NCBI RefSeq assembly: GCF_036507355.1
Contig: NZ_AP027877.1
Reading direction: 5' to 3' (one strand)
Source: Escherichia coli
GTDB taxonomy: Bacteria > Pseudomonadota > Gammaproteobacteria > Enterobacterales > Enterobacteriaceae
Length of the DNA stretch: 64,000 nucleotides
Of the stretch, positions 29,927 through 41,702 are shown piece after piece. Each line of letters starts with the position of its first letter. Positions within the stretch are counted from its first letter, which is position 1. The notes below the pieces were generated by a model. That model was not told the DNA's origin. It searched no databases and saw nothing but the letters and a program-made list of their open reading frames with translations. The translations under genes were made by a program, and so were the position numbers.

Positions 29927-31093
29927 TCAAACTGATGGACGCAAACGAACGCGTAACCAGCTGTATCCAATTACCGCCGAAGAGATAGAACCGACCAGGA
30001 TACCGAGTTTCGCCCAGTTAATCAGTTCTGGATCTACGCTACCAAAGGCCAGGCTGGCAATAAAGATAGACATAGTAAAACCGATACCGCACAGGATCCC
30101 CACCGCCATAATTTGCTGATAAGTCGTTCCCTCAGGCAGATGCGCCAGTTTCAAACGCAGCGCCAACCAGCAGAACAGACTAATCCCCAGCGGTTTGCCA
30201 ATCAGCAAGCCAGCGATGATCCCCAATGGCAGAATGGAGGTCAAGCCATCCAGCGTGACGCCTTGCAGTGAAACGCCAGCATTAGCAAATGCAAACAGCG
30301 GTAAAATCAGATACGCCACCCACGGGTGCAATACATGCTCCAGTCGCTTCGCTGGAGAACGCCCATGCTTCTCTTTCAAAGGAATAAAGAAGCCGACAAT
30401 TACCCCCGCCAGGGTTGCGTGAACCCCCGATTTCAACACCGCAGTCCACAACACCACGCCAACAAGAATATAGACGCCCGTGCGGCGTACACCACACAGA
30501 TTCAATACCGCGAGTACCGCAATTGCTACAGCCGCGACGCCAAGAGAGGCCATCGATAAGTCATTAGTGTAGAACAATGCGATGATAATGATGGCCCCAA
30601 GATCGTCGATAATAGCCAGAGCCATCAAAAAGATCTTCAGTGCTAACGGAACACGACTTCCCAACAGCGCCAGCACACCAAGTGCAAAGGCAATGTCAGT
30701 AGCCGCCGGGATCGCCCACCCTTCGCGGGTAATCGGATCGGCATAGTTAAAGGCCAGATAGAGTAATGCCGGAACAATCATCCCACCAATAGCGGCGATA
30801 ACCGGAAATGCGGCCTGGCGTAAGCTGGCTAGCGATCCTTGCATCAGTTCACGTTTAACTTCCAGACCGACTAACAGGAAAAATACCGCCATCAGCGCGT
30901 CATTTATCCATAACAGCATGTTTTTGTTGATTTCGAGTGAACCAACCCGGAGCTGAACCGGCGTCTCCAGAAAGTCGTGATACCATCCACTGGTTGCGCC
31001 GCTGTTGGCCATCATCATCGCCAGGATAGCGGCAATGATAAGAATAATGCCTCCCGAGGCATCACTGCTAAAGAATCGATGCAGATGTTTCAC
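29927..31093 (-). CDS. nhaA: Na+/H+ antiporter NhaA
   Basis: 388-aa polytopic membrane protein. Confidence 0.95.
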   Translation of the reverse strand: MKHLHRFFSSDASGGIILIIAAILAMMMANSGATSGWYHDFLETPVQLRVGSLEINKNMLLWINDALMAVFFLLVGLEVKRELMQGSLASLRQAAFPVIAAIGGMIVPALLYLAFNYADPITREGWAIPAATDIAFALGVLALLGSRVPLALKIFLMALAIIDDLGAIIIIALFYTNDLSMASLGVAAVAIAVLAVLNLCGVRRTGVYILVGVVLWTAVLKSGVHATLAGVIVGFFIPLKEKHGRSPAKRLEHVLHPWVAYLILPLFAFANAGVSLQGVTLDGLTSILPLGIIAGLLIGKPLGISLFCWLALRLKLAHLPEGTTYQQIMAVGILCGIGFTMSIFIASLAFGSVDPELINWAKLGILVGSISSAVIGYSWLRVRLRPSV

Positions 31094-31575
31094 TTTTTAT
31101 TTCTCTTTCAGGTGAATAGATCGTTTTTACTATTTTACTCCGCACAAATCATCGTTAAAATCAGATTATAGTGTAGGAATAACTCGTTTTTTACGAGCAA
31201 TTAAAGGATTTGCGCCATCAGCGGTGAGATGAGTTTTTGACGGCTGTAAGCGCTAACGGGTGACCCTAAGCCCTGATAATCATAGCTTAAGGTCAGGATT
31301 TCTGAGGGATTAATTAGGAAAAGTAATAATTAATTTCTTGTCAGTCGGCGTTATTTGTTAGGACAATATTTCAAAAATAATCCAGCTTGTCGTCAATAAT
31401 TGCGATAAATAGATAAATTAAAGTTAAATAATTAAATCATTAAAAAATTACGCCACAAAAATGCGAGGCGTCTTCAGGATTAGAATCGATAAAACAGAAT
31501 GGGTTAAAGAGAGCGATATAATAGCGGCGGGTGCTTGAGGCTATCTGTCTCAGGCATTAGCTGAACGGCAGATAG

Positions 31576-31630
31576 AGAAAAGCCCCGAGTGATATTTTAC
31601 TATCAACCCGAGGCCCCCTATATGCTGAAC
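31576..31630 (-). ncRNA. sokC: SokC antisense RNA of the hokC/mokC type I toxin-antitoxin locus (position inferred)
   Basis: Placed by the known hok/sok architecture, antisense to the mokC start region; boundaries not demonstrated from sequence. Confidence 0.4.
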
Positions 31631-31831
31631 ACATGTAGAGTGCCTCTTACTGACCGTAAGGTCAAGGAGAAGAGAGCAATGAAGCAGCATAAGGCGATGA
31701 TTGTCGCCCTGATCGTCATCTGTATCACCGCCGTAGTGGCGGCGCTGGTAACGAGAAAAGACCTCTGTGAGGTTCACATCCGAACTGGCCAGACGGAGGT
31801 TGCTGTTTTCACGGCTTACGAATCCGAGTAA
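31622..31831 (+). CDS. mokC: MokC, translational-coupling reading frame overlapping hokC
   Basis: ATG at 31622 (MLNTCRVPLTDRKVKEKRAMKQHK...), same frame and stop as hokC. Confidence 0.7.
   Translation: MLNTCRVPLTDRKVKEKRAMKQHKAMIVALIVICITAVVAALVTRKDLCEVHIRTGQTEVAVFTAYESE
31679..31831 (+). CDS. hokC: Hok-family small membrane toxin
   Basis: 50-aa ORF MKQHKAMIVALIVICITAVVAALVTRKDLCEVHIRTGQTEVAVFTAYESE. Confidence 0.85.
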   Translation: MKQHKAMIVALIVICITAVVAALVTRKDLCEVHIRTGQTEVAVFTAYESE

Positions 31832-31934
31832 GAGCAACGGCGGGGAGTGATCCCCGCCACTTTTCAGGTGCTCGCATATCTTCAACGCACCCTAATTTTA
31901 CCCAAGCCTGCCCACGGGCAGGCTTTTGGGGAGG

Positions 31935-33065
31935 TTAGCGGGTCAGGTCGTCAAAAAACTTCTTCACACCATCAAAGAAGCTCTTTGAGCGCGGGCTGTT
32001 GTGCTCACCGGTTGGGCCACCGAAGCTTTCTTGCAGCTCTTGCAGCAACTGTTTCTGCTTCTCGTTCAGGCCTACCGGTGTTTCGACGACAACGCGGCAC
32101 AGCAAATCACCCTGTGCGCCACCGCGGACAGACTTGACGCCTTTACCGCGCATACGGAAAAGCTTACCGGTCTGGGTTTCGCCAGGCACTTTCAGTTTGA
32201 CGCGACCATCAAGGGTCGGTACTTCGATTTCGCCACCCAGCGCCGCCATAGCGAAGTTGATCGGGACTTCGCAATAGAGGTTGTTGCCTTCACGCTCGAA
32301 AATCGGGTGCTGTTTAACCTGAACCTGAACGTACAGATCGCCTGCCGGTGCGCCATGCTCGCCCGCTTCACCTTCGCCCGCAAGACGGATGCGGTCTCCA
32401 GTGTCCACCCCTGCCGGGATTTTAACGGACAGCGTTTTGCTGCGCTCAACACGACCATGACCATGACATTTGTTGCACGGATCTTTGATCAGCGTACCGC
32501 GGCCCTGACAGTGTGGACAGGTCTGCTGTACAGCGAAGAATCCCTGGCGCATCTGCACCTGACCAGAACCATGACAGGTCGGACAGGTCTGCGGCTGTGT
32601 ACCTGGTTTTGCACCGCTACCGTGGCAAACGTCACACTCTTCCAGAGTCGGAATGCGGATCTCTTTGGTCACGCCACGTACAGCTTCTTCGAGGGTGAGC
32701 TCCATGTTATAGCGTAAATCAGCACCGCGCGCCGCACGTTGACGACCACGTCCGCCGCCAAAAATATCGCCGAAAACGTCACCAAAAATATCGCTGAAGT
32801 CTGCGCCGCCGCCAAAACCGCCGCCGCCCATGCCACCTTGCTCAAACGCAGCATGACCATACTGATCGTATGCCGCACGTTTTTGCGAGTCGGTCAGAAC
32901 TTCATAAGCTTCCTTGATCTCTTTAAATTTCGCCTCGGCCTCTTTGTCACCCTGGTTACGGTCCGGGTGGTATTTCATGGCCAGGCGTTTGTAGGCCTTT
33001 TTGATTTCACGCTCTTCCGCTGTTTTGGAAACGCCTAAAATCTCGTAATAATCTTGCTTAGCCAT
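31935..33065 (-). CDS. dnaJ: chaperone DnaJ (Hsp40)
   Basis: 376 aa from ATG at 33065 ([12 protein letters not shown]...), J-domain, G/F region, four CxxCxGxG zinc motifs. Confidence 0.97.
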
Positions 33066-33153
33066 CTTTTTTAAATTGCCCCTAGATGAATGCACGGGCG
33101 GAGAGGAAATTCCCCTTCGCCCGTGTCAGTATAATTACCCGTTTATAGGGCGA

Positions 33154-35070
33154 TTATTTTTTGTCTTTGACTTCTTCAAATTCAGCGTCGACAACATCGT
33201 CATCTTTCGCGTTGTTTGCAGAAGCATCAGCACCGGCAGTCTGCTGCTGGGCATGTTGCTGCTGGGCGATTTCCATCAGTTTCTGGGAAACCTGTGCCAG
33301 TTCCTGCATTTTCGCTTCGATAGCGGCTTTGTCTTCACCTTTCAGAGCAGTTTCCAGTGCAGTCAGTGCAGACTCGATAGCAGTTTTGTCGTCAGCCGGC
33401 AGTTTGTCGCCTGCTTCTTCAACCTGCTTACGGGTGCTGTGCAGCAGATGGTCGCCCTGGTTGCGAGTCTGTACCAGCTCTTCAAACTTACGGTCAGCTT
33501 CGGCGTTAGCTTCTGCGTCGCGTACCATTTTCTGGATTTCATCTTCGTTCAGACCAGAAGAAGCCTTGATGGTGATCTTCTGCTCTTTACCGCTGTTTTT
33601 ATCTTTCGCGGAAACGTGCAGGATACCGTCAGCATCGATATCGAAGGTAACTTCGATCTGCGGCATGCCGCGCGGTGCCGGGTTGATACCATCCAGGTTG
33701 AACTGACCCAGAGATTTGTTATCAGCCGCACGTTTACGTTCACCCTGCAGCACATGGATGGTTACCGCAGACTGGTTGTCTTCAGCGGTAGAGAACACCT
33801 GGCTGTGCTTGGTCGGGATAGTGGTGTTTTTCGCGATCAGCGTCGTCATCACACCGCCCATGGTTTCGATACCCAGAGACAGCGGGGTAACGTCCAGCAG
33901 CAGTACGTCTTTCACGTCACCAGTCAGAACACCACCCTGAACAGCAGCACCGATTGCTACAGCTTCGTCCGGGTTAACGTCTTTACGCGGCTCTTTACCA
34001 AAGAACTCAGCAACTTTCTTCTGAACCATTGGCATACGAGTCTGACCACCAACGAGGATAACGTCGTCGATATCAGATACGGACAGGCCAGCGTCCTGCA
34101 GTGCAACTTTCAGCGGCTCAATGGAACGGTTTACCAGATCTTCAACCAGGCTTTCCAGTTTCGCACGAGTCACTTTGATGTTCATGTGTTTCGGACCGGT
34201 CGCATCTGCAGTGATGTACGGCAGGTTAACGTCGGTCTGCTGAGCGGAAGACAGTTCGATTTTCGCTTTTTCTGCCGCTTCTTTCAGGCGCTGCATTGCC
34301 AGCGGATCGTTGCGCAGGTCAATGCCCTGATCTTTCTTGAATTCTTCAACCAGGTAGTTGATCAGACGGCTGTCGAAGTCTTCACCACCCAGGTGGGTAT
34401 CACCGTTGGTAGCCAGAACTTCGAAGGTTTTTTCGCCGTCAACTTCGTCGATTTCGATAATAGAAATATCGAAAGTACCACCACCCAGGTCATAAACCGC
34501 GATAGTACGGTTGCCAGTACCTTTGTCCAGACCGTAAGCCAGCGCAGCTGCGGTCGGTTCGTTGATGATACGTTTTACTTCCAGACCAGCGATACGGCCT
34601 GCGTCTTTGGTTGCCTGACGCTGAGCATCGTTAAAGTATGCCGGTACGGTGATAACAGCTTCAGTTACCGGTTCACCCAAGTAATCTTCAGCGGTTTTCT
34701 TCATTTTTTTCAGCACTTCAGCAGAAATCTGCGGCGGTGCCATTTTCTGGCCTTTAACTTCGACCCATGCGTCGCCGTTATCAGCAGCAATAATTTTGAA
34801 CGGCATGATGGAAACATCACGCTGTACTTCTTCGTCCTGGAAGCGGCGGCCAATCAGGCGTTTAATCGCAAACAGGGTGTTTTGCGGGTTCGTCACTGCC
34901 TGACGTTTAGCCGGCTGACCAACCAGAGTTTCACCATCCTGGGTATAGGCAATAATAGAAGGCGTGGTGCGATCGCCTTCGGCGTTCTCCAGCACGCGAG
35001 GAGTGGTGCCATCCATAATCGCTACACAAGAGTTGGTAGTACCCAGGTCGATACCAATTATTTTACCCAT
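33154..35070 (-). CDS. dnaK: chaperone DnaK (Hsp70)
   Basis: 638-aa [24 protein letters not shown]... Confidence 0.98.
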
Positions 35071-35190
35071 CTAAACGTCTCCACTATATATTCGGTCATC
35101 ATGTGGTTGTGAGTCTGTAATAGGGGCGAAACGTCTGGTTTCAACTGCCCAATTTCATTTTTTTGCAGACTCACTCACTGCGGTTGACTA

Positions 35191-35226
35191 CTAAATGGGG
35201 TCGTAACCCACGTCATCAAGGGGGAG
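35191..35226 (-). promoter_or_regulatory. sigma-32 heat-shock promoter of dnaK (P1-like)
   Basis: Reverse strand reads cccCTTGATGAcgtgggttacgaCCCCATTTAg, matching the sigma-32 -35 (CTTGAAA-like) and -10 (CCCCATNT) consensus. Confidence 0.6.
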
Positions 35227-35446
35227 ATGCAAAAATTTTTTGTGCTTTTGCGCAGAAATTTCGCGATATGGCAGGACAAGACGTAAAATTGACAGCAATT
35301 TTATTCATATAAAGAATGAATCGCAGCCAAGGCATTCATCAAAAAATTGTAATAAAAAGAAAAGATTACGTACCTGAATCTTCTCTTTATCAGCAGTAAA
35401 CTAGTGGGTATTCATCCCTCTACCTCTTCCCACTAAGAGAATCCTT

Positions 35447-35851
35447 ATGAAATCCGTTTTTACGATTTCCGCCAGCCTGGCGATTAGCCTGATGCTGTGC
35501 TGCACGGCGCAGGCAAACGACCATAAACTCCTCGGCGTCATTGCAATGCCGCGTAACGAAACCAACGATCTGGCGCTGAAACTTCCTGTTTGTCGCATTG
35601 TGAAACGCATACAACTCTCTGCCGACCATGGCGATTTACAGTTAAGCGGTGCATCGGTTTATTTCAAAGCCGCCCGTAGCGCCAGTCAGAGTCTGAATAT
35701 TCCTTCAGAAATAAAAGAAGGGCAAACCACTGACTGGATCAACATTAACAGTGATAACGACAATAAACGCTGCGTCTCAAAAATCACCTTTTCCGGTCAT
35801 ACGGTGAACTCATCGGATATGGCCACGCTGAAAATTATCGGCGACGACTAA
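35447..35851 (+). CDS. yaaI: secreted protein of unknown function
   Basis: 134-aa ORF with signal peptide. Confidence 0.8.
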   Translation: MKSVFTISASLAISLMLCCTAQANDHKLLGVIAMPRNETNDLALKLPVCRIVKRIQLSADHGDLQLSGASVYFKAARSASQSLNIPSEIKEGQTTDWININSDNDNKRCVSKITFSGHTVNSSDMATLKIIGDD

Positions 35852-35876
35852 CGCCAGAATATAGAAACCACAAAAA

Positions 35877-36590
35877 ATGAATGTTAATTACCTGAATGAT
35901 TCAGATCTGGATTTTCTTCAGCATTGTAGTGAGGAACAGTTGGCAAATTTCGCCCGATTGCTCACCCATAATGAAAAAGGCAAAACTCGCCTCTCCAGCG
36001 TACTGATGCGCAACGAACTGTTTAAATCGATGGAAGGGCATCCCGAGCAACATCGCCGCAACTGGCAGCTGATTGCTGGAGAATTACAGCATTTTGGTGG
36101 CGATAGTATCGCCAACAAACTGCGCGGACACGGTAAATTGTATCGGGCCATTTTGCTCGATGTTTCAAAACGATTGAAGCTGAAAGCCGACAAAGAGATG
36201 TCTACGTTTGAGATTGAGCAACAGTTACTGGAACAATTTCTGCGTAACACCTGGAAGAATATGGACGAGGAACATAAGCAGGAGTTTCTGCACGCGGTCG
36301 ATGCCAGGGTGAATGAGCTGGAAGAGCTGCTGCCGCTGCTGATGAAAGACAAATTATTGGCAAAAGGCGTGTCGCATTTGCTTTCCAGCCAATTGACCCG
36401 CATTTTACGCACCCACGCAGCAATGAGCGTGCTTGGGCATGGTTTGCTGCGCGGCGCGGGTCTGGGAGGCCCTGTGGGCGCAGCATTAAATGGGGTTAAA
36501 GCGGTCAGCGGCAGTGCCTATCGCGTGACAATTCCAGCCGTAATACAAATCGCCTGCCTGCGCCGGATGGTTAGCGCCACTCAGGTCTGA
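35877..36590 (+). CDS. yaaW: conserved protein of unknown function
   Basis: 237-aa ORF. Confidence 0.8.
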   Translation: MNVNYLNDSDLDFLQHCSEEQLANFARLLTHNEKGKTRLSSVLMRNELFKSMEGHPEQHRRNWQLIAGELQHFGGDSIANKLRGHGKLYRAILLDVSKRLKLKADKEMSTFEIEQQLLEQFLRNTWKNMDEEHKQEFLHAVDARVNELEELLPLLMKDKLLAKGVSHLLSSQLTRILRTHAAMSVLGHGLLRGAGLGGPVGAALNGVKAVSGSAYRVTIPAVIQIACLRRMVSATQV

Positions 36591-36738
36591 CACCGTAAAC
36601 CGGGGAAAATTTTCATTTTCCCCTCAAAAGATCGTAGACACTGCCCCACTGGCTGATTATTATGCCGCGCCCTGAAAACACTACTGTTATTCAGGGAAAT
36701 TATTTCACCATTCATTCGATGATGATTTTTGAGGAATT

Positions 36739-37305
36739 ATGGGCAACACTAAGTTGGCTAATCCGGCACCGCTGGGCCTGATGGGCTTCGGCATGACCAC
36801 CATTCTGCTTAACCTGCACAACGTGGGTTATTTCGCTCTGGACGGTATTATTCTTGCCATGGGCATTTTCTACGGCGGCATCGCGCAAATTTTTGCCGGT
36901 CTGCTGGAGTACAAAAAAGGCAACACTTTCGGTTTAACCGCATTCACCTCTTACGGTTCTTTCTGGTTGACGCTGGTTGCGATTCTGCTGATGCCGAAAC
37001 TGGGTCTGACCGATGCGCCAAATGCACAGTTCCTTGGTGTCTACCTGGGTCTGTGGGGCGTATTTACGCTGTTTATGTTCTTCGGCACGCTGAAAGGCGC
37101 ACGCGTTCTGCAATTCGTTTTCTTTAGCCTGACTGTGCTGTTTGCCCTGCTGGCGATCGGTAACATTGCCGGTAACGCCGCAATCATCCACTTTGCCGGC
37201 TGGATTGGTCTGATCTGTGGTGCCAGTGCAATCTATCTGGCGATGGGTGAAGTACTGAACGAGCAGTTTGGTCGCACCGTTCTGCCGATTGGTGAATCCC
37301 ACTAA
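36739..37305 (+). CDS. satP: acetate/succinate:H+ symporter (GPR1/FUN34/YaaH family)
   Basis: 188-aa 6-TM protein. Confidence 0.9.
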   Translation: MGNTKLANPAPLGLMGFGMTTILLNLHNVGYFALDGIILAMGIFYGGIAQIFAGLLEYKKGNTFGLTAFTSYGSFWLTLVAILLMPKLGLTDAPNAQFLGVYLGLWGVFTLFMFFGTLKGARVLQFVFFSLTVLFALLAIGNIAGNAAIIHFAGWIGLICGASAIYLAMGEVLNEQFGRTVLPIGESH

Positions 37306-37314
37306 TTGTTTTGA

Positions 37315-37341
37315 GATCCCCCCGCTCGGGGGGATTTTTTT
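37315..37341. terminator. bidirectional rho-independent terminator between satP and mog
   Basis: gatccccccgctcggggggattttttt hairpin with flanking T-run; overlaps the mog stop. Confidence 0.7.
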
Positions 37342-37930
37342 ATTCGCTAACGTCGCGTCTTGCACTCTTCGGTCTGAATGCAGCAACCACTTCTGGTGCC
37401 GTTTCAACGTATGGCCCTTCCAGCAACTGAATGCAGTACGGTACGCTGGCAAAAATACCGTGTACCACAACGTTACCCGCAGCGTCCTTCACACCTTCCA
37501 GCGTCTCTTTAATAGACTTCGGCTGACCGGGTAAGTTAAGGATCAGCGCCTGTTTGCGAATCACACCAACCTGACGCGAAAGGATCGCAGTTGGTACAAA
37601 ATGCAGGCTTATCTGGCGCATCTGTTCACCAAAGCCAGGCATCTCGCGGTCCGCTACTGCCAGCGTCGCATCGGGCGTTACGTCACGACGCGCCGGGCCA
37701 GTTCCGCCCGTGGTGAGCACCAGATGGCAACTCATTTCATCCACTAGCTCACACAACGTTTGCTCGATGATCGCCTGCTCATCGGGGATTAAGCGGGTTT
37801 CCAGTTCAAACGGCGTGGTTAGCGCCGATGTCAGCCATTCTTCCAGCGCAGGGATGCCTTTATCCTGATAAACGCCGCTGGATGCGCGATCAGAGATGGA
37901 AACTAAGCCAATACGTAAAGTATTCATCAA
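37340..37930 (-). CDS. mog: molybdopterin adenylyltransferase
   Basis: 196-aa ORF MNTLRIGLVSISDRAS... Confidence 0.9.
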   Translation of the reverse strand: MMNTLRIGLVSISDRASSGVYQDKGIPALEEWLTSALTTPFELETRLIPDEQAIIEQTLCELVDEMSCHLVLTTGGTGPARRDVTPDATLAVADREMPGFGEQMRQISLHFVPTAILSRQVGVIRKQALILNLPGQPKSIKETLEGVKDAAGNVVVHGIFASVPYCIQLLEGPYVETAPEVVAAFRPKSARRDVSE

Positions 37931-38041
37931 GATTTTTCCGTTTAAACAGTCTCGTTAAACAGAATGATACACTGCGAAGGGAGTGACAGACAGGCTTCAG
38001 AAGAGGTAGCGTGACCGACTTCCCGGTCACGCTAAGAATGA

Positions 38042-38995
38042 TTACAGCAGATCGCCGATCATTTTTTCCAGTTTTTCCTGGTCAATAGCAAACTTACGGA
38101 TACCTTCCGCCAGTTTATCTACTGCCATTGGATCCTGGTTGTGCTGCCACAGGAACTCGGACTCAGTGATACGCGCCGGACGCGCTTTCACTTCGCCGCT
38201 GTAAGACAGTTTACGTTCGATAGCCCCTTCGCTCTCAGCCAGCTCTTTCAGCAGTGCCGGTGCGATGGTAAGACGGTCGCAGCCTGCCAGTTCCAGAATT
38301 TCGCCGATGTTACGGAAGCTTGCGCCCATAACCACGGTTTCATAACCGTGCTCTTTGTAGTACTGGTAGATTTCAGATACAGAAACCACGCCCGGATCTT
38401 CTGCCGGAGCGTACTCTTTCTTATCAGTATTCGCTTTGTACCAGTCAAGAATACGGCCAACAAATGGCGAGATCAGGAACACGCCTGCTTCCGCACAAGC
38501 ACGAGCCTGAGCGAAGGAGAACAGCAGGGTCAGGTTACAGTTGATGCCTTCTTTTTCCAGCTGTTCTGCAGCACGGATACCCTGCCAGGTAGAAGCCAGT
38601 TTGATCAGAATACGATCGTTGCTAATACCAGCATCGTTGTAGAGTTTGATCAGGCGTTTTGCTTTCGCAATTGACGCTTCGGTGTCATAGGAAAGACGCG
38701 CATCAACTTCAGTTGAGATACGGCCCGGAACCAGTTTCAGGATTTCCAGACCAATATTTACTGCCAGTTTGTCGGTCGCGTCCACGATCTGCTGCGCGCG
38801 ATCGTTGCTCTGCTGTTTCGCCCAGGCGACAGCATCATCAATCAACTTACGGTATTCCGGAATCTGCGCTGCGTTAAGAATGAGAGAAGGGTTGGTTGTG
38901 GCATCCTGCGGTTGATACAGCTTCATTGCCGCGATGTCCCCAGTGTCGGCCACTACGGTGGTGTACTGACGAAGGGAGGTCAATTTGTCCGTCAT
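38042..38995 (-). CDS. talB: transaldolase B
   Basis: 317 aa from ATG at 38995 ([20 protein letters not shown]...); the ORF track's upstream extension is not used. Confidence 0.95.
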   Translation of the reverse strand: MTDKLTSLRQYTTVVADTGDIAAMKLYQPQDATTNPSLILNAAQIPEYRKLIDDAVAWAKQQSNDRAQQIVDATDKLAVNIGLEILKLVPGRISTEVDARLSYDTEASIAKAKRLIKLYNDAGISNDRILIKLASTWQGIRAAEQLEKEGINCNLTLLFSFAQARACAEAGVFLISPFVGRILDWYKANTDKKEYAPAEDPGVVSVSEIYQYYKEHGYETVVMGASFRNIGEILELAGCDRLTIAPALLKELAESEGAIERKLSYSGEVKARPARITESEFLWQHNQDPMAVDKLAEGIRKFAIDQEKLEKMIGDLL

Positions 38996-39273
38996 GATAG
39001 TATTTCTCTTTAAACAGCTTGTTAGGGGGATGTAACCGGTCTGCCCTGATGATATCACGACGCAACGTCAGCGCAACCGCCGACAAGACGGTTATCGCCA
39101 GGCGAGACTGTTTCGGATTTCTGACACTGCGTTGATATCGCCCGCCATTTTTATACAAAACCTCATGTATGCTACGCAGAAGTTATCAAGTACCTCGTAG
39201 CGTATATACTTCTTAAACAATTGGTAACGTTTACACAGGAAAGTCATCGCGACCGGCAATAAGAGGGATATGC

Positions 39274-40704
39274 ATGCCAGATTTTTTCTCCTTTATTAAC
39301 AGCGTCCTTTGGGGATCGGTAATGATTTACCTGCTCTTCGGCGCAGGTTGTTGGTTCACTTTTCGCACCGGATTTGTGCAGTTTCGCTACATCCGCCAGT
39401 TTGGCAAAAGTCTTAAAAATAGCATTCATCCACAGCCAGGCGATTTAACCTCATTTCAGTCATTGTGTACCAGTCTTGCGGCGCGCGTGGGTAGCGGCAA
39501 CCTGGCCGGCGTTGCGCTGGCTATTACCGCCGGTGGACCTGGAGCCGTCTTTTGGATGTGGGTTGCCGCGTTTATCGGCATGGCGACCTCGTTTGCCGAA
39601 TGTTCCCTTGCACAACTTTATAAAGAACGTGACGTCAATGGACAGTTTCGTGGAGGACCGGCATGGTATATGGCGCGCGGGCTGGGGATGCGTTGGATGG
39701 GCGTTCTGTTCGCCGTCTTTTTGCTCATCGCCTACGGCATAATTTTCAGCGGAGTTCAGGCGAACGCCGTTGCCCGAGCCCTGAGTTTTTCTTTTGATTT
39801 TCCCCCGCTGGTGACAGGCATTATTCTCGCTGTCTTTGCTCTGCTGGCAATCACTCGCGGTCTTCATGGCGTCGCCCGGCTCATGCAGGGGTTTGTCCCG
39901 TTGATGGCGATAATCTGGGTGCTGACCAGCATGGTGATTTGCGTAATAAATATCGGGCAACTTCCCCACGTCATTTGGTCTATTTTTGAGAGTGCTTTTG
40001 GCTGGCAGGAAGCGGCAGGCGGCGCGGCGGGATATACCTTAAGCCAGGCGATTACTAACGGTTTTCAGCGCAGTATGTTTTCCAATGAGGCGGGAATGGG
40101 TTCGACGCCAAACGCGGCAGCGGCAGCGGCGTCCTGGCCTCCGCATCCGGCAGCGCAAGGGATTGTCCAGATGATTGGCATTTTTATCGACACCCTGGTC
40201 ATCTGTACGGCAAGCGCCATGCTGATATTACTGGCGGGTAACGACACAACCTACATGCCGCTGGAAGGTATTCAGCTTATCCAGAAGGCGATGCGGGTGC
40301 TAATGGGTTCCTGGGGTGCTGAGTTTGTTACCCTCGTGGTTATTCTGTTTGCCTTCAGCTCCATCGTTGCCAACTACATTTATGCCGAAAACAATCTCTT
40401 CTTTTTACGCCTGAACAACCCTAAAGCGATCTGGTGTTTGCGGATCTGCACCTTCGCAACGGTCATCGGCGGCACCTTGCTAAGTCTTCCGCTGATGTGG
40501 CAACTGGCAGATATCATAATGGCCTGCATGGCTATTACCAATTTGACCGCCATTTTACTGCTCTCGCCTGTGGTTCATACCATTGCCAGTGATTATCTAC
40601 GCCAGCGTAAACTCGGCGTGCGCCCGGTGTTTGATCCGTTGCGTTATCCGGATATCGGTCGCCAGCTTTCTCCGGACGCGTGGGATGATGTTTCGCAGGA
40701 GTAA
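39274..40704 (+). CDS. yaaJ: sodium:alanine symporter family transporter
   Basis: 476-aa polytopic membrane protein. Confidence 0.9.
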   Translation: MPDFFSFINSVLWGSVMIYLLFGAGCWFTFRTGFVQFRYIRQFGKSLKNSIHPQPGDLTSFQSLCTSLAARVGSGNLAGVALAITAGGPGAVFWMWVAAFIGMATSFAECSLAQLYKERDVNGQFRGGPAWYMARGLGMRWMGVLFAVFLLIAYGIIFSGVQANAVARALSFSFDFPPLVTGIILAVFALLAITRGLHGVARLMQGFVPLMAIIWVLTSMVICVINIGQLPHVIWSIFESAFGWQEAAGGAAGYTLSQAITNGFQRSMFSNEAGMGSTPNAAAAAASWPPHPAAQGIVQMIGIFIDTLVICTASAMLILLAGNDTTYMPLEGIQLIQKAMRVLMGSWGAEFVTLVVILFAFSSIVANYIYAENNLFFLRLNNPKAIWCLRICTFATVIGGTLLSLPLMWQLADIIMACMAITNLTAILLLSPVVHTIASDYLRQRKLGVRPVFDPLRYPDIGRQLSPDAWDDVSQE

Positions 40705-40773
40705 TCACAACTATCGATCAACTCATTCTCTTTTTTTGCTAAAGTCGGCATAAATTTCCTGCAAGGACTGGAT

Positions 40774-41550
40774 ATGCTGATTCTTATTTCACCTGCGAAA
40801 ACGCTTGATTACCAAAGCCCGTTGACCACCACGCGATATACACTGCCGGAGCTGTTAGACAATTCCCAGCAGTTGATCCATGAAGCGCGGAAACTGACGC
40901 CTCCGCAGATTAGCACGCTGATGCGCATCAGCGACAAACTGGCGGGTATCAACGCCGCTCGCTTTCATGACTGGCAGCCAGATTTCACGCCGGAGAATGC
41001 CCGCCAGGCTATTTTGGCGTTTAAAGGTGATGTCTACACCGGCTTGCAGGCCGAAACTTTCAGCGAAGACGATTTCGATTTTGCCCAACAGCATTTGCGA
41101 ATGCTTTCCGGCTTGTATGGCGTACTGCGCCCGCTCGATTTAATGCAGCCTTATCGTCTGGAAATGGGGATCCGTCTTGAGAATGCCCGAGGGAAAGATC
41201 TGTATCAATTCTGGGGAGATATCATCACCAACAAGCTGAACGAGGCGCTCGCAGCACAAGGCGATAATGTGGTGATTAATCTGGCGTCAGATGAGTATTT
41301 TAAATCGGTGAAGCCGAAGAAATTGAATGCCGAGATTATCAAGCCGGTGTTCCTCGATGAGAAGAACGGCAAATTTAAGATAATCAGCTTCTACGCTAAG
41401 AAAGCACGCGGTCTGATGAGTCGTTTCATTATTGAAAATCGGCTGACCAAACCAGAGCAACTGACTGGTTTTAATAGCGAAGGTTACTTCTTTGATGAAG
41501 CTTCCTCCAGCAATGGCGAACTGGTGTTTAAACGCTACGAGCAGCGTTAA
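40774..41550 (+). CDS. yaaA: peroxide stress resistance protein (UPF0246 family)
   Basis: 258-aa ORF. Confidence 0.9.
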   Translation: MLILISPAKTLDYQSPLTTTRYTLPELLDNSQQLIHEARKLTPPQISTLMRISDKLAGINAARFHDWQPDFTPENARQAILAFKGDVYTGLQAETFSEDDFDFAQQHLRMLSGLYGVLRPLDLMQPYRLEMGIRLENARGKDLYQFWGDIITNKLNEALAAQGDNVVINLASDEYFKSVKPKKLNAEIIKPVFLDEKNGKFKIISFYAKKARGLMSRFIIENRLTKPEQLTGFNSEGYFFDEASSSNGELVFKRYEQR

Positions 41551-41563
41551 GTTTGCAGTCAAT

Positions 41564-41669
41564 GCCGGATGCGGCGTGAACGCCTTATCCGGCCTACAAA
41601 AGCATGCAGATTCAATATATTGCAGAATTCACGTAGGCCTGATAAGACGCGCCAGCGTCGCATCAGGCG
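41564..41669. repeat. REP/BIME palindromic units
   Basis: gccggatgcggcgtgaacgccttatccggcctac ... gtaggcctgataagacgcgccagcgtcgcatcaggc. Confidence 0.7.
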
Positions 41670-41702
41670 CTGAATGCCGGATTGTTACCCGGCATTTGTC
41701 AT

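Noticed and set aside
33076-35112. 678-aa plus-strand ORF spanning the dnaK locus
   Set aside because: Antisense shadow of dnaK; stop-codon-poor by chance on the opposite strand of a highly biased gene, with no start context or recognisable domains.
35918-36412. 164-aa minus-strand ORF overlapping yaaW (the position historically called htgA/mbiA)
   Set aside because: Wholly antisense to yaaW with a Ser/Cys-rich low-complexity translation; the sequence gives no independent support for coding, so I did not list it as a feature.
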